DNA of 62,444 nt, the filler included, from Choristocarpus tenellus KU-1152 (taxonomy: Eukaryota; Protista; Phaeophyceae), in assembly GCA_964200185.2 (NCBI GenBank). It is 8 parts of 8 records of this genome, joined end to end, with 100 filler letters (N's around TTAATTAATTAA, not from the genome) between each part and the next. Parts side by side here need not be neighbours in the genome. Positions count along the whole stretch, not along the records: positions 11,773 to 18,821 come from CAXNAD020006783.1; positions 18,922 to 23,089 come from CAXNAD020015877.1; positions 23,190 to 27,563 come from CAXNAD020014852.1; 5 more parts are not named here. One strand, written 5' to 3'. Position 1 is the stretch's first letter; each line of letters starts with the position of its first letter. The notes beneath the pieces are model-generated. The model was not told where the DNA came from. It was given only the letters and a program-made list of their open reading frames with translations, and searched no databases. Below are positions 12,333-26,013 of the stretch, one piece after another. Position numbers and translations under genes: made by a program.

Positions 12333-13413
12333 GGATTTGAGTGTTCACATTGGTAGAAAGGCTGTCGTTGACCCATTAATGATTCCAATGGGAGCGCTGA
12401 CAGCTGTATTTCCTCTTCTTTGTTTCTTCTTCTAAGGCTAGCTCGTGTTCAAGTGTATTCATATGTGTCCTGGTGCTTTTCCCAATATATTGTCAGTTCT
12501 TGGAATTGTTTCCCAGAGAGATAAAGTATCATCACCGTTATGTTGGACTGGGGTTGTTTGAGACACAAATAGAAGTAAGATGCGCACAATTCTTCACAGG
12601 AGGGTTCATAGGGGTGATCGAGGCTGTCTGAACGTCGACGAAGATGGAGCAACAGCTGTGACAGCCATGGTTGAAAAGGCATTGCATAGTGCATAACTAA
12701 CACGAACTGCAGAGTCGGTGGAAGCACAGTAAGTTATCTGCACCTGTTTTTTAGAGTAATCAAATACAAGGACTGTTGGTTCATTCAACTGAGTATTTTA
12801 CGTGGCCTCGTAGCTCCACATGTTATCTAATCTCACATCTAGCCATGGACCATGGCCATTTATACGTTTCTTTTATCCTGTGTTTTATCTTGTTTGTTCA
12901 GGCACCCTTCAAGCTAAGGCTTATGTGTGGTGTGTAAATGTGATGGTGACATGAGCACTTATGAACGAAATCCATTATTGCCCCAGAGAAATATGGTCAC
13001 AGACATGACCCTCTCCTTTTGTATGTACGCTGATGCTACATACGTTGTCTACCAGTAACTACATGCAAAGATCAACACTTTGGTATCACCTTCACAGTAA
13101 AAACAACACTAGTGTGGCCCACAAAAAACTAACTTTAGTGTACCCCATTCGTTGCTGGACTACGTAATATCATCAATCTACTTGTAAGGTACAAAGTAAA
13201 ATTTATTCAAATTGCAGCAACTCTACAAAATGCAACAGCAGGTGCTAAATGTGACCTACTACCGCAATACAGAATTGTACACGGATTGCATCGCATTCAT
13301 CTCCTTCATCTGACTGCTTAATCCACAGTCTGACAAACTGTAAAATCCACAGTCTGACCATTGCTCAATCTCTCCTAAACTGTCAACTCCTCATCTGTAA
13401 CATTTGGCAGGGT

Positions 13414-16400
13414 TCATAGACCCCAACGAATTCCTTCTGTCATACTCCTGAGAGATCCCTTCACCTTTCCGAGGACAATACCATCCCACATTGCTTTACC
13501 TTTTACATCACTGTGTGCTTCTGTGTTGCTGCTGTCAGCTGTGCTCATAGGAGCATTTCCCTTGGCTAATGGGTTTTCAGCACTGAGCTGATCTCTGTCC
13601 TCTGACTTAAAAAACCTGTTGCGATTTGCTTTAAAACCACCACCTGACCTCTGCACCCAGTCTGAAGGGTGGCCTGTGATGTCTGGCTCACTACGTGTCA
13701 CACAATCCTGTGTCGAAGAATTAGCTGATGATGTTGAAGTATGGCCACCTGTCTGCTGACGGACGGCTACAGTCATCCAACTCGGAAGAGCTCTTGCACC
13801 CTCTGCAATATCCCTCGCATCCGTTACTGATCGACCAACACCTACTGAGCGTACCCCCACCACCGGGGAAAGACATCGGCATGTGCTATACAAAATGGGT
13901 ATTACAGGAGGGCATAAACAGCGTAACGAAGAGGGCAATGTGTTTTTGTCAGCAATTTTCCGCTCTTTATCTAGATTTGATGGCAGAACCGCAGATCTTG
14001 TCTGTTGGTGGAGGAAGGGCAGGAGGAATAAAAAGAAACTATTGTGTATCACTACCATGGTGGAGACCTCACCCACCATCTCCATGAAGATGTACAACAG
14101 GTACCTATTCGCATTCCCCTGGGGGGAATATGCATGGTGCATTCTATACATGGATTAGTACTGTAGTAGTCAGGGAAGTACGTTGAGCCAAAAAGTCGGA
14201 CGCACACTGATTTCAAGGATAAATTGGAGATTCCTGCCAACTAGATATTTATGGGGGATTGGATTGGATTGGATTGGCATAAGATTGTGAGGTATGTAAC
14301 TAATATGCATACACACCGTTGGCAGTTGGTGTTCACAGTGTATGTTCAGTACTTCATACTGTGATCGGTTTCTTTCACAGTCGTAATGTTCCACCAACTA
14401 AATCACTTCCATATTTACTTCCCTGGAAGTGGAAAGAAAAGGGAATGTCGGCCTCCATGAGCAGCCCTCACCTGTGACAAGGTCCTTCTATGGTACCACC
14501 ACAGCGTTTGCAATGTAATGCAGGAGTTCTCCCATCCTCACTCTCTTTCTGCCGCTCGCCTGCAGCTTGTACATCGCATTCAACAGGGCCACAGGCCTCC
14601 TCCGCACCTGAAAACTCCCCCGTACTGTGCCCCAGTTCACAGTGCAACTGACTCTCATTGCTCAAGCAGTCACTGGGGAAGGCAGCTGATTCAACCACTT
14701 CATCCCCGTCATCACCAATGCAGTCGAGAGTACCCAAGAGCGGGGTTCTGTTTCGCTTCTGGAGTGTAGCAAAGGGGAGGCTACTCAAGGCGGGTGTTCT
14801 CTTTTCCTGCAGACCACCCTCCACCAAGATTCTGTCACAAATAGAAGCTTCCACTCCCTTTTCATTGGATCCTCCTCCATGGCCGCTGTCCGCCCCATTG
14901 ATCGGATCACAATACGAATGTCTTCTCCTGTGCCACGAGTTGGGTGACAATGTGTCAGGTGATGTTCCGTCAATTGTGGAGGTAGCTGTGGTCCCATCAG
15001 AAAACACTCCATCCTCAGAGAGCATATTACAGGTTGATGAGGAACTCACTACCAAAGACCCTGTTGCCCACCCTCCAAGGCCCGAACCAAATTGCATATC
15101 TTCCTTTCCCCCCGAGTCCATGGGTCCACTGCATGCTTCACCTTTCACTGCACTAGACGATGCCCTTGCCTCTGCCTCCACTGTTGATGGTACCACTCCA
15201 CCTCCAGACACTCTTTCCCCTGCCGGTGATACCACTGTCCCAGCCTGCTTGAAGGTCTTGCATTCAACACCAAGGTATTTGTTCTCAACCCTGAGTGACT
15301 TCACCTCCCGAGCCAAGACCCGTCGGTGTTCCTGAAGGCTCCCTATACGGGCATCAGCCTCCCGGCATGCTGCTGCAACTATGCCAAGGTTTGCTTGTGC
15401 CTCCCCTGCCTCTGCCCTGGCGCAATCCAACTGTCCAATGCACTCAGCAAGGCGCTCTTCCAAGTGGGTCCTTGCCTGCCCCTCCTTAGCAGCGTGCTCA
15501 CGCACCTCCGCAAGTACGTTATTCAAAATCTCCATCTCTACCTTGTGGGATTTGGCCGTTGCTGCAGTGCTCTCAAGCAAACGTGAGTTGACATCCTTTG
15601 TGCAGGGAAAGAAACAGTACAGGGAGGTGGTGCATTTAAAGGCGTGTAGTGATGGCATTGTGTACCTATTGTCTAATGTTTAGAAAGGAGAGTACAGGTG
15701 ATATCATTGCAGAAGCAAGAGGTATCTTACCTTGAGAAATGCTACCTCACGTTGGAGTCCAACAATTGCTTCACCAAGTGCAGCTAGCCCTGAGAAAGAG
15801 TTTTGGGATGCCAGGGTGCCTGGGTTCGTGTGCAATTTTCCCTCTTGTGTCTCACAACCAACCTCTGCTAGAAGTGCATTAATCTGTACGAGGGATTGGG
15901 CTTTGGATGCCTTTGCCTGAGCTAGTTCAGACAGTGCTAGAGCTGTGCTTTGCTCTGCAGCTTCAGCACGCCTTTGCTCTGCAGCACAAGTCACGCCCAG
16001 TGCTTCTAAGGAGACTTTGAGTGTCTTGATCTGGTGATCATGTGTGTTGTGTTGCATTAGGTTTGGTTAGAGGGATGAGGGGGGGGCGGAATGTAGAGGA
16101 TTTGAATAAGTTCCTAGATAAGTGCAGTGGATACTACAAGCAGTGTCAACGTCACATCCATTGCTATATTGAGAATTTCTACAGCCTGTGCCATGCAATT
16201 GTCTCTGCAACAGATGGATACAAAAATTGGCAGTTTGCTTACACTAATCCAACTGCCGATGTCTAGCTTGTCTTGATTTTATTGCTCTAAGCAGTATTCC
16301 CATTTTCATCAAGTCTAAGAAATTAATATAGAACTTCGGTACCTATTTCAATGGCAACCAGGGAGCAGGTATGAGTCTGTAGGTGGAGCAGCATTCCGAG

Positions 16401-17447
16401 TACGTAGCGCAGGGTAAGTCAATGAGAAATGCAGCACCACAACTCACAGGACATTCAAGAAAGAGAAGGCAAACTCTTTCTCGAGATACTACAACTCCTT
16501 GTGTTTATCACTACATTGATGACACGTCCTCATATGGCCTGAACATGCCTTGGTTGCAACCTTCACTTTAAACAGCCAGGACAAAAGTTGTGCGCCTAAA
16601 ACGTTGCAATACAAGGGCGCTGCACCTGGTCTGTGAGAAGTGAGCTGGACTGTTGGGAGGTATCACTCTTTTCTTTTTGTAGTGTGAACCGTGTCTCCTC
16701 GAACGACTTCACCCAACATTTCGCCTCAGCCGCGCTACCCATCTGGAAGAAAAAAGACCGTAGAGGTAAAGTATCGTCCCCAGGGGCAAGCCTCACGATG
16801 TTGTCTTCGAGTTCGGGTCAGTGGGTGCAACAGCAATGAAAGACGGGCAGGGGGAAGCACTCAAGTATGTGATGCACTTTGGAAGATTTCGATGCTGAAG
16901 AAGTCACTATATGAAGAGGATTTGAAAGTAAGCTTAAGCTCCTTGCCCTCTTTCAAATAGACCACCCCGCAAGAATCTTCTCGACAGTGGCAGGAGTGTG
17001 GGCTCACCTTCAAGAATCTCGATGCGTGTGTAATGCTCTAGGTCGATGGTCCCACGGGGTCGCGGATCGACCTTGTCGAAGTAGTATAGAAAGGTGTGGG
17101 GAACAAGGAGGGCGTACCTCTCTCGCCACTGAGCTGAATCATTAAGCTTGATGACCTTGCCCTCACAGGTCGCAATTTTGGAGAGAGAGGCGATAGTCTT
17201 CTGTGGAGTGCTTTTTACCACAAGGGAAACGTTCATATCACTAAACACCTCATTCAAGCCGGTGAAATCCATAACTCGTCTACGGATACGCTCCCCACTT
17301 GCTACAGCGGAGTTTATGGTCTCCATCACAACCAGCTCATCCCATTCTAGACTCCTACGCTTCGGCACTTCGCACGGCTCTCCTGTTGCCAGCCTTGGCA
17401 CACGTACCAAACAAGTTGGAGCACTACCAATTGTATGCCTGTTGCCC
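13414..17447 (-). CDS. Multi-exon PH-domain/coiled-coil protein with C-terminal Cys cluster. Exons 17447-17008, 16804-16626, 16030-15731, 15595-14472, 13885-13414; start not located
   Basis: PH motifs CEGKVIKL..WRERYALLV...LYYF...PRGTIDL and FFFQ..SAAEAKCWVKSF. All four internal GT-AG junctions are phase-consistent. Splicing joins HCKRCGGTIEGPCHS|TCRC. Confidence 0.88.
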
Positions 17448-18214
17448 CTGTGAATATTGTGGCAATCACACTAATGTCTCGCTTTTTGTATATCGAATTC
17501 AAAAGAGTGTCCAAACCCTCCAGTACTTATATACGTCATCCCAACCATACCTCAATTATATATGTATCTATTTTTCATTACTATGGCCTGTCACACATAT
17601 GATACCCCTCATCACTCAATTGGAAAAGTAACCGTGACTCCTATAAACTACTAATGTATTCAATACCACCACCCTCGTATCTTTGATAGAATGTGATTAG
17701 TTCATTGCAGCAGCAAAATTTGTATTTGATATCGGATCTTGAATGTTCTTGATAGAAAGAAAGAGGTTTAGAATATATTCTATGTCCTTATATCACCTCT
17801 ACAAACCAACTTGTATGTATTACTAGAGTACAATAAAGTAGTAGAGTTCAGAAGTTTCGAATACATTCTGGAGTAAGTAGGAACGGAAAAAGAGACAAAA
17901 TCTTTTCATAGGGCTGAGGGTGATCGCACGATAATACTCCGAACGTTCTTGTCGTCCACCATCATGAAAATTGATATTTTTGGCTTTTTTATCTTCAAAA
18001 TAACCATTTAGTTTACAAGTAATGTGATAGGATGTTCCAGCCAAGGTATACCTTTATATTCTCCTTCTTAGTTCCTTGGTGGCATCTCGCACACATTTTG
18101 TGGATATGGCGCGCAGTCTTAAATATATATACATGCGCCAACCACGTCAAGAGCTTGACCATATCCACCAGTCCACAAAACCAGACACACCCACAAGATC
18201 CAGATTTGACCAAA

Positions 18215-18480
18215 GAGTGAAAGTATCTTAGAGGGTACGAGTTTTGCCCTTTTTGTCCATTATTTGGGGCTTCGCTTCCCATCCATGGGGTTTTTATGGT
18301 ATTTTGCCTACTCCAAAATGTTTCGGAGTAGGTGATATGTGTACGTTATGAAAAGGTGTGTCCAGAACAAGGATACTGACACTACGTAACAAATACAACA
18401 GATAAAATTACATGGAAATCGCAACATTGGATTTTGGCCCCCAAATGGACGCGGCCCTACCCTCTAAGATACATTGGCTC
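18215..18480 (+). mobile_element. MITE family A, 4-bp TSD CAAA
   Basis: Full TIRs; CAAA at 18211-18214 and 18481-18484. Confidence 0.92.
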
Positions 18481-18729
18481 CAAACAGTCAGAAGGACTAT
18501 CAGAAGGAAGATCCATTCCGATTCTGACTGATCCATTTTCCTGCTGCAACGTTCCTCATTCTGTGACATCCATTGTGCAATAAGATTTTGTTTTTTCTGT
18601 TCTGAGTTTCCTCAACTGATGTTGGGATGCTGGGCCAAGACCTGCGAAACTCGGTCTCACCTTCTGAGGTGGAAGAGTTCAGTCTGGTGATTGTGATAAG
18701 TCCCCTTTTGCAGAGAGGTTTTGAGCCTT

Positions 18730-18821
18730 GACTCAAAGTATCTGGGGGGGGGGGGGGGGGGATCTCCCCGGGGTGTCCATTTGGGGCAAAATAAGGAAAA
18801 AGGGTTTTTAAATTTTCCACC
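18730..18821 (+). mobile_element. MITE-B partial at contig end
   Basis: GACTCAAAGTATCTGGG, G-run, TGTCCATTTGGGGCAAAAT. Confidence 0.75.
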
Positions 18822-18921
18822 NNNNNNNNNNNNNNNNNNNNNNNNNNNNNNNNNNNNNNNNNNNNTTAATTAATTAANNNNNNNNNNNNNNNNNNNNNNN
18901 NNNNNNNNNNNNNNNNNNNNN

Positions 18922-19014
18922 TTTGGTTGTATGCGTCGGATGGATAATGTAAATGCCCTCTTCCTGATTTTGGGCCAAAGGGCCCCCCCCCCCCCCCCCA
19001 AGATACTTTGGATC
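18922..19014 (-). mobile_element. MITE-B partial at contig start
   Basis: TTTGGTTGTATGCGTCGGATGGATAATG...CCCAAGATACTTTGGATC matches the reverse complement of the 53745 copy. Confidence 0.78.
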
Positions 19015-19960
19015 TGTGGGATCCACTTCCCATCCATGTCGTACTTCAAGGAGGGGGTTAGTATGGTGTATGCTTGTGGGGGAAGTAATAGATGCAAGAG
19101 GTTGTAAATAGTATGGAGGCATAGAAATTTGAAATTGACAATACTGCTCGTAGCAACCACATGCGGGTAGTTGTTATGAAAGTACAGTCGTGGACAAAGC
19201 CCTCAGTGTCATTGGTGAATGCCATGGAGCACTAAACGAAAAAAAGGATTTCCTTAGACTTTTTGAGGAGCAATTCTTTTTCAAGATAGATACTTTTGCT
19301 TTTGATAGGATTCCTATTTGCAGCACCAGGTTATAGAAATGCGAGGTTTTCACATCCCACTGACAGGCGTTAACCAAAGCAATTCATCATTATATGTGTA
19401 GCGCTGCCATGAATATATAAACTTACATGCACCCCCCAGGTGCTCTCTACACTGGCAATAATAGATGATGTTTCAGGTTGCGACAATTTCATGTCACATC
19501 AACCACCCCATGCCATGTTCTCTTGGGATCTGTATGGCCTGGAATCCTCATCACTACTGAGAAATTATATCGAAAATCAATAGCAATGCCTACTTTCGTG
19601 CACAAGAACACATCACTGATTGTTCATCATGTCAATCTCAGTCACTAGTCGCCTTGAAAAAATGGAGGCCAAGAGGTGATTCAACAAAACCTACCCAACA
19701 TGGACTTGACCACAAAGAGCCAAACCACCCAAGATTACACCCAGACACTGTCTGTGCCAGGTTCGCATGGGAAGGGAATAGAGCCCCCACCAATTCGAAG
19801 ACCTCAAGAGGAGGACAAATCCCTCAGAATAAGAAAGAAATTATGTCAAGTACCAAAGTCTGGTGGTGGTGGGGGGGGGGGGCAGTCCTCTGACACTACT
19901 CTAGGGGTTAGTTATAGTTATTCTCCGCTAAGGATGATAATATTGACAATTGATGGGGTG

Positions 19961-20229
19961 GAGTCAAATTATCTTAGAGGGTAGAGCCGCGTCCAATTGG
20001 GGGCCAAAATCCAATGGTGCGATGTTGATGCTATCTTGGCTATTGTGTTTGTTAGGAAGTGTCAATATCATTGTTCCGAAAACAAATTTTCATGACATAC
20101 ACATTTTACATACTCCGAATCATTTCGGAGTGATTTTGGAGTAGGTAAAATGTCATAAGAGACCCGTGGGAAGCCAAGCCCAGAATGAACAAATAGGGCA
20201 AACTCTTACCCCCGAAGATACGTTCGCTT
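19961..20229 (-). mobile_element. MITE family A (reverse), 3-bp TSD GTG
   Basis: Aligns to family A; the right TIR is degenerate, so the TSD call depends on that alignment. Confidence 0.85.
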
Positions 20230-20299
20230 GTGGTATGATGTATAGTATTTACCACGAGGTCTTTGAGTTGAAGTACATACACATCGATATTGCACAATG

Positions 20300-21650
20300 T
20301 TTTTTTTCCCCACAACATATCAATCTCATGGTGCTGGCATTGATTGCTGGACTAGTGCTAGCTGAACTTTGATTGTTGCTGTGGACAAGCATTGCGGGCT
20401 GTGTCCTCTACTGACAGCAACGGCCAAGAGTTAGCTGTGAAGATCTCTACTATGTCTTGTGAAGAGACAGTCGGATAGTGTGTCAAGTTGAAGTAGGGAT
20501 ATTGGATATCTTTTTTGTGGCGTCAAGTATACAAGAGGACACAGGAGTTTTACCCAGAGCCATGCTAGAGAGAGATGGAGTGTGATGCTATTAGTGTTCA
20601 CTGCATAGTCCTCAGACCTCAACATCAATGTATAGACGCAGTACTAAGGTTAGGAAAACTAATTGTAACTGTGCTTGGGAAAAAGGACCTTAAGGTCTAC
20701 TTGCATCCCTTGGAGTGGTAGGTGCTTGGAGATGGTTACTTCTGGGTGGGAGATTTCAAGGTCTATGATGAAATTTCATGCCGAGGATTCAAGGTCTGTG
20801 TCCATTCTTTTTTGTACAAAGCGTCCTTGAAGGGTCATAGTATAGAGAGCTCTGAGAGAATTTCAGAGGAGGTACTGCAAAGGTATGGCATGTCCATTTG
20901 ACTGCTGTACCAATCTATGTAATAGGGTTAGTCTCTCTTGTCTTGCATTGTTGATCTTTTTGTGTGTGTGTTGTAGAATGGTCTTAATCCTACATTAAGA
21001 GAACTGTGTAGTCAATAGTGAGATAGGTGAAGTGTATGTTAGGAAGTGATTTTCAGTGTATCTGTATGTAGATGTATGCTGAAATGCCGTTTTCAATGCC
21101 ATGGTCCTAATGTATGTGGCAATTACTTTATTGCACAATAGTTCTGCTCACCCAGGTGTTCACTTTCGGGGCATACCTCTCTTAGGTCTCTTGTGAATGT
21201 TTCAAGCCCACCCAAGTTGGGAGATGTTTATTTGAAGTATTTTTCGTCTGTCCGAGCAGTTAGCATGGTCAGAGTCCAGGCCATGGATCGACCCTGGTGT
21301 AATATATTAGGACTGCACCAGCCTGTTGCCTTGACATTTTGAAGCAGTTGACTGCCAAAGGCTTGCTTTGTCAGAACTTATTTGGACCAGGGTCCAAATT
21401 ACCCCAGTGCATAAGGAAAGAAAAATTATTTGTATCCCCTTAGCCACGCCCTTGTACTGTTCGGGCGTTGTATAACGATTGCGCTTCAGTCTGAAAAATA
21501 TTGGACTTGTCCAGCCCACCAGGCTTCGGCACTAGATGGACCTGGTCCAGAAGAAAAGTCCTGTTTCACATTTGTAGTTACAAGGTTGGAATTTAGGTCT
21601 GGAGTCATTCATAGGGAGTCACAACATTCTGTTCAATTGCCAGGGTCAAC
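20300..21650 (-). mobile_element. Decayed LINE reverse-transcriptase region
   Basis: Minus-strand SSGPGPS (K-A-P-G-P-D-G-like) and TNPIT*IGT...EILSEL (QG-region-like) fragments; many stops. Confidence 0.4.
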
Positions 21651-23289
21651 CCCCCCCCCCCTCTGCCCTCTCGAATGCTATTTACTCTTTTTATTTTCAA
21701 GTTTTTCAGATGGTTGTGATCGTTAGCTCACTCTGTGCAACCATTGGCATACTGAAAAATGTTGAGGGTGTAACTGCTACCTATCCCTCTTTGTTAGTTT
21801 GATACCTGTCTCTTGCAACGACTGCTTTTCATGTTTTGGTATCTCTCTTTTTTTAATACCCCTTTAACTTTTTGCGTTGTAACTTTCCTGCCTTCTGATG
21901 TTTACCTTGTGAGCCATTATCTGTTTCTCAGGCTTGACTTTCTATTTGTTGCCTGTGTACAACCAGGCATTTTACATGCTATGCTCTCACCAACACAAGC
22001 ACAATGTTTCTACTACCTGTATTGTACAGATACTCACTGCCCCCTGCCTGACATCTAAGTTGTCTACTCTCTAGTTCACCCGTGGTAGTTCACCATCCTC
22101 CCTTCTCTGTGCCAATGTCCCCCCCCCCCCCCCCCCCCGCTCGTTCACCTACCCTCCACGACCAACCCTATGATTATCCTGTGCGTATTTCCTCCAATCC
22201 CACAATGATGCCCCCCCACCTGTAGAGGTTGGGGCTGGGGGGGATGACTCTCTCCTATCTGGGCTAGCAGAGGATGACATGCCCCCTGACTTTTCAATTG
22301 GGGTTGAACCTAACGCAGCAGGTTCAACTGAGGCAGGTGACGATGATGATATGGACTGATTTGGGAAGGGGCAGTGCTGTAGGGGGGAGGTAAAATATGG
22401 AGAGGAGAGTTGGACATGGCGGTGATCTTGTTTGGGAGGGGGAGGGGTGATGGCTGTTGCACGGATTTTCAATCAATGCAACAAAGGAGTGATGATATAG
22501 GATGCACTTTGCCCACTTCTGACATTGTGAATGGAAAGACAGGAGAGGTGGAGGGATGAAGGATGCAGGAGAGGGGTTTGCACCCCATTAGTGTGTTTGT
22601 TCTTAGTTTGCTTGATTTTTCATTCAGTTGTTGCTTGCTGGGTTGCTCACAAGTGGTTGTTGTTGTTCGCCCTAGGAAACAGGTACATTAGGCTGTGGGG
22701 AAATGCCGATCTCATTTAACCATCACAGGATGTGCTGATGGGATAGCATCGATGAAGAATCAGGGGGAAGTATGAGTGGCGGTTGTTCTTGGAAGGCGCG
22801 AAATAATGGAAAGGGTTTATGTTGATTTTTATTTTTTCCCCCTGACTCTTCTTGGTTGTGGCGCTGTCGTGTGGACAAAGTCTGTGAGAGGGGTACTGAT
22901 GTATGCTTGCTGCTTTTGTGATTGTGCTGCTGTTTTCTGAAGGAGACGTCATCTTATCTGTGTTCTTCTGTTGCTGCGCCAGCCTTAGCCAGCAGGAGTA
23001 TCGATGGGTAGGTGGGTGGATGGAAGTAGTGGACATTCAGTGCGCGAAGGAGGGGAGGGGGGGGGGGGAGGACATGGACGCGTGCCAGANNNNNNNNNNN
23101 NNNNNNNNNNNNNNNNNNNNNNNNNNNNNNNNNTTAATTAATTAANNNNNNNNNNNNNNNNNNNNNNNNNNNNNNNNNNNNNNNNNNNNCCTCATCCTCC
23201 TCCTTGTCATCGCCGGTGTTGTCCTCCCTTTCGTCCCCATTCTCCCCCCCCCTCTCCTCTCCTCGTCCCTTGAATGTAGTCTTCCGTCC

Positions 23290-25582
23290 TTCTCCCACAA
23301 AACCCCCCCTTTCCCTCGCCTCTATAGCAGACCGTAGAACTGTCAAGACCTTGGTAGGAATCTTTTTGCCGTTCCCAACAAGTTTCTTGCAAGTCGAAAC
23401 AATACCCGCCACGGGTTCCCAGCTTACGTCTTTAACCCGCTTCTGTTTCCCAGTTCGCCCGGATCTATCACCAGCGTGTATGTAGCCTTCTACAAAACTA
23501 CTTTTCCCTTACTTCTCAAGGGTCATAAACGTGGCGTTGTCACGTATGTGGTCACTGGTCGGCCGAAGCCAGTGAAGATCCACCCCACGCTCCCCGTCCT
23601 CGCCGACGCGCTCCGCTAGGATTTTGCCGACCAAGAGCAGCGCCTCTGTTGCCACAAAAAAGGCAAATCTGCCTTCCTGCACGGAGACGAGGTTTCCATG
23701 GTTCGCCGATGTCAAGGTAGCACGAGGCCAACCCCGTCGATGGAAGCCAGCTTCTTCCTTGTCACTGTCCGATGAGGAAGAGTCTGTTTCCTCGAGCCCG
23801 CCAAGATCATTGTCACCGCTGACGAGATTATCTCCTCCACCCGAATGTCTCTCGTTCCCCTGTCTTTTTGAGAAGCCGCACAGACTCGCTTTGCTCGTGT
23901 TTCGCTCTCTGAACGGCTTCATCGTCTGCGAAGGTGGAATCCATGAGCACAAGAACATCAACGGTATGGAAGCATGAATGTTACTTTGTAACCAGGCGTG
24001 AGGTTTCAAGAATGCGCTCGGGGAGCATGCAGTGAGAGGGAGGGTGTATATTTCGTCGGATTCGTGTCTGTTGAGTACAAGACCGGTACCCTTAAAACAT
24101 TTATTGGGGGCAATCTATAGTACTATTTATTGTAACATGCGACGATCACTACGCATGAGAATGGAATATTTTTCAAGATTTTTTCTCTAAAGGTTGTAAA
24201 GGCTGCCTCATACAGAAGTTGCACCAGATTTCTTAGGCTGCCACCAAATACAAAAATTAGCCATCAACTCCCCTCACGAAAAAATCGACTTACCCAGTGG
24301 GTATGCAGCAGCGAGGCGCTCGTGCACCTGGTACCGCTGCTCCACCTTCAGGATGACGTCTTCGGGAATGCTCTTGAGCTGGTAGGGTGGTGCATCTTGG
24401 ATACGAGGCGGGTGGCCAATGAAGAGGTCGTGCGGAGGGGCGTTGGGGTCGATAGCAAGGTCTCCGCCTATCCCACTCCATTCGGTGCTGTGCATGTATT
24501 GCTTTACGCTAACCTTAACCCACCCATCACCGCCTTTTGGAACGTGAAAAGCCCTGTAGCTCGTGATATTGGGGACACGTTTGACGCGACCGCGAAGGAG
24601 TCCCTTGAAGTTTCCCTCGTTCCGTAGGGTCTTGCAGTAGACTGGAACCTCGATGTAAGAGGCCTGCAGCTCTTCACCCAGCTGTGTTCTTGTGAATATG
24701 TTCTTCCCTTTTATACCACGTGAGAACCTGAAGGTGAAATGTAAAGAAGTTAATTTCGAGGCGGGGGCGAAAGAAACAAGTGGAGAAGAAATGTATATGC
24801 AGGCACATGCTCCGATGCATGTATATGTTGGTATAGATATAACAAGGGGTGATGCGTACTTCTTTTTTTTTTAGAGTAGGTTACGAAACAGTTTTGGCAG
24901 ATGCTCTTATTGTTCAATTTTGTTGTTGGGAAATCAAAAGTCAATCGATCAATTACAGTGTACGACCATAAACTTTCCATGGATGCAACAAGCGTGAGCT
25001 GCAAGCCTCAAGGCAGTATCTGAACGTATCAAAACACTATGTGGCTATCGCACTTGTATCTTGCCTAATTACCTGGAGAAGATATGATCGATTTTGATGT
25101 GAGTGTGCCCCACCATCATAAAATGTATCTCAACCACACGAATGACACTCGTTGCGACCAATAGTCCTGCATATCCGAGAAAGAATTTGTTGTTCTCTGA
25201 GATGCAGTTGTCGACCTGGCCAGATTGGGGAGTTGGGAGCGAGGGAGGGATAGGCGTGAGGCCGATATGTCAGCCCATTTCGCCGCGTTTCGTGGAGGAA
25301 CAGGGTAGTGGTTTCCAGTACTGCTAGATCACAAGCTCTACATCACCGCCATCACACATGCGGGTTGCAACACACAAACCAAAACTAAAGACCGTGCAGT
25401 TGGTTACTTGATGACCGGTATTCAGCGAGTACGTGTTGAGTGGGTCGTGTCAAGATGAAACTTTCTTACCTGCCAATGTGCGTGCTGGATGATTCAACTC
25501 CCCGCGTGATCGAGGCTGTTGTGGTACTTGTCGATAAGCCTTGTGAGGGCAAGGTGGGTGGCTGTGCAGACAAGGTTACAAC
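23290..25582 (-). pseudogene. Intron-containing Sola-like (DUF7869-type) DDD transposase pseudogene. Exons 25582-25470, 25215-25073, 24727-24294, ~23925-23512, ~23483-23290
   Basis: Phase-consistent spliced translation GCNLVCTATHLAL...HWQ|VDNCISENNKFFLGYAGLLVATSVIRVVEIHFMMVGHTHIKIDHIFSR|FSRGIK... matches the DNC..EN / GHTH..ID..FS core. One in-frame TGA near 25495 and a frameshift near 23835. Confidence 0.8.
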
Positions 25583-25716
25583 CTGCGCAAACGATGATGT
25601 CCATTGTTAGTTGGCAAATAGTACTCTGCTTGCTTACGCATTGTTTAATTGGAGCTAAAAGGAGGGGTAATGGAATTTGTTTTTGCAATGTAGAGCACAT
25701 ACACCCGAATGGCTGA

Positions 25717-25970
25717 GAGTGAAAGTATCTTAGAGGGTAGAGCCGCGTTCATTTGGAGGCCAAAATACAATGTTGCAATTTTGGTGTAATTTTGGCTATT
25801 GTGTTTGTTAGGAAGTGTCAGTATATCCTTGTTCCGGACCTTTTCATAACTAATACATTTTGCCTGCTAAACATTTTGGAGTAGGAAAATTTCATAAAAA
25901 AACCCAAGGGAAGCCAAGTCCCAAATGGACAAATAGGGCAAAAATCGTACCCTCTAAGATACTTTCACTC
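25717..25970 (-). mobile_element. MITE family A (reverse), 3-bp TSD TGA
   Basis: Perfect 23-bp TIRs GAGTGAAAGTATCTTAGAGGGTA. Confidence 0.93.
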
Positions 25971-26013
25971 TGATATACATGTCTGTGGGTTTTTCTCCTC
26001 GTTGATTAGCTCT

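Noticed and set aside
14658-15335. 225-aa plus-strand ORF; likewise 2880-3371, 55108-55599 and 59640-60005
   Set aside because: Antisense shadows of real exons or of the transposase.
18730-19014. One MITE-B spanning the gap
   Set aside because: Both sides are the same half of the element in opposite orientations.
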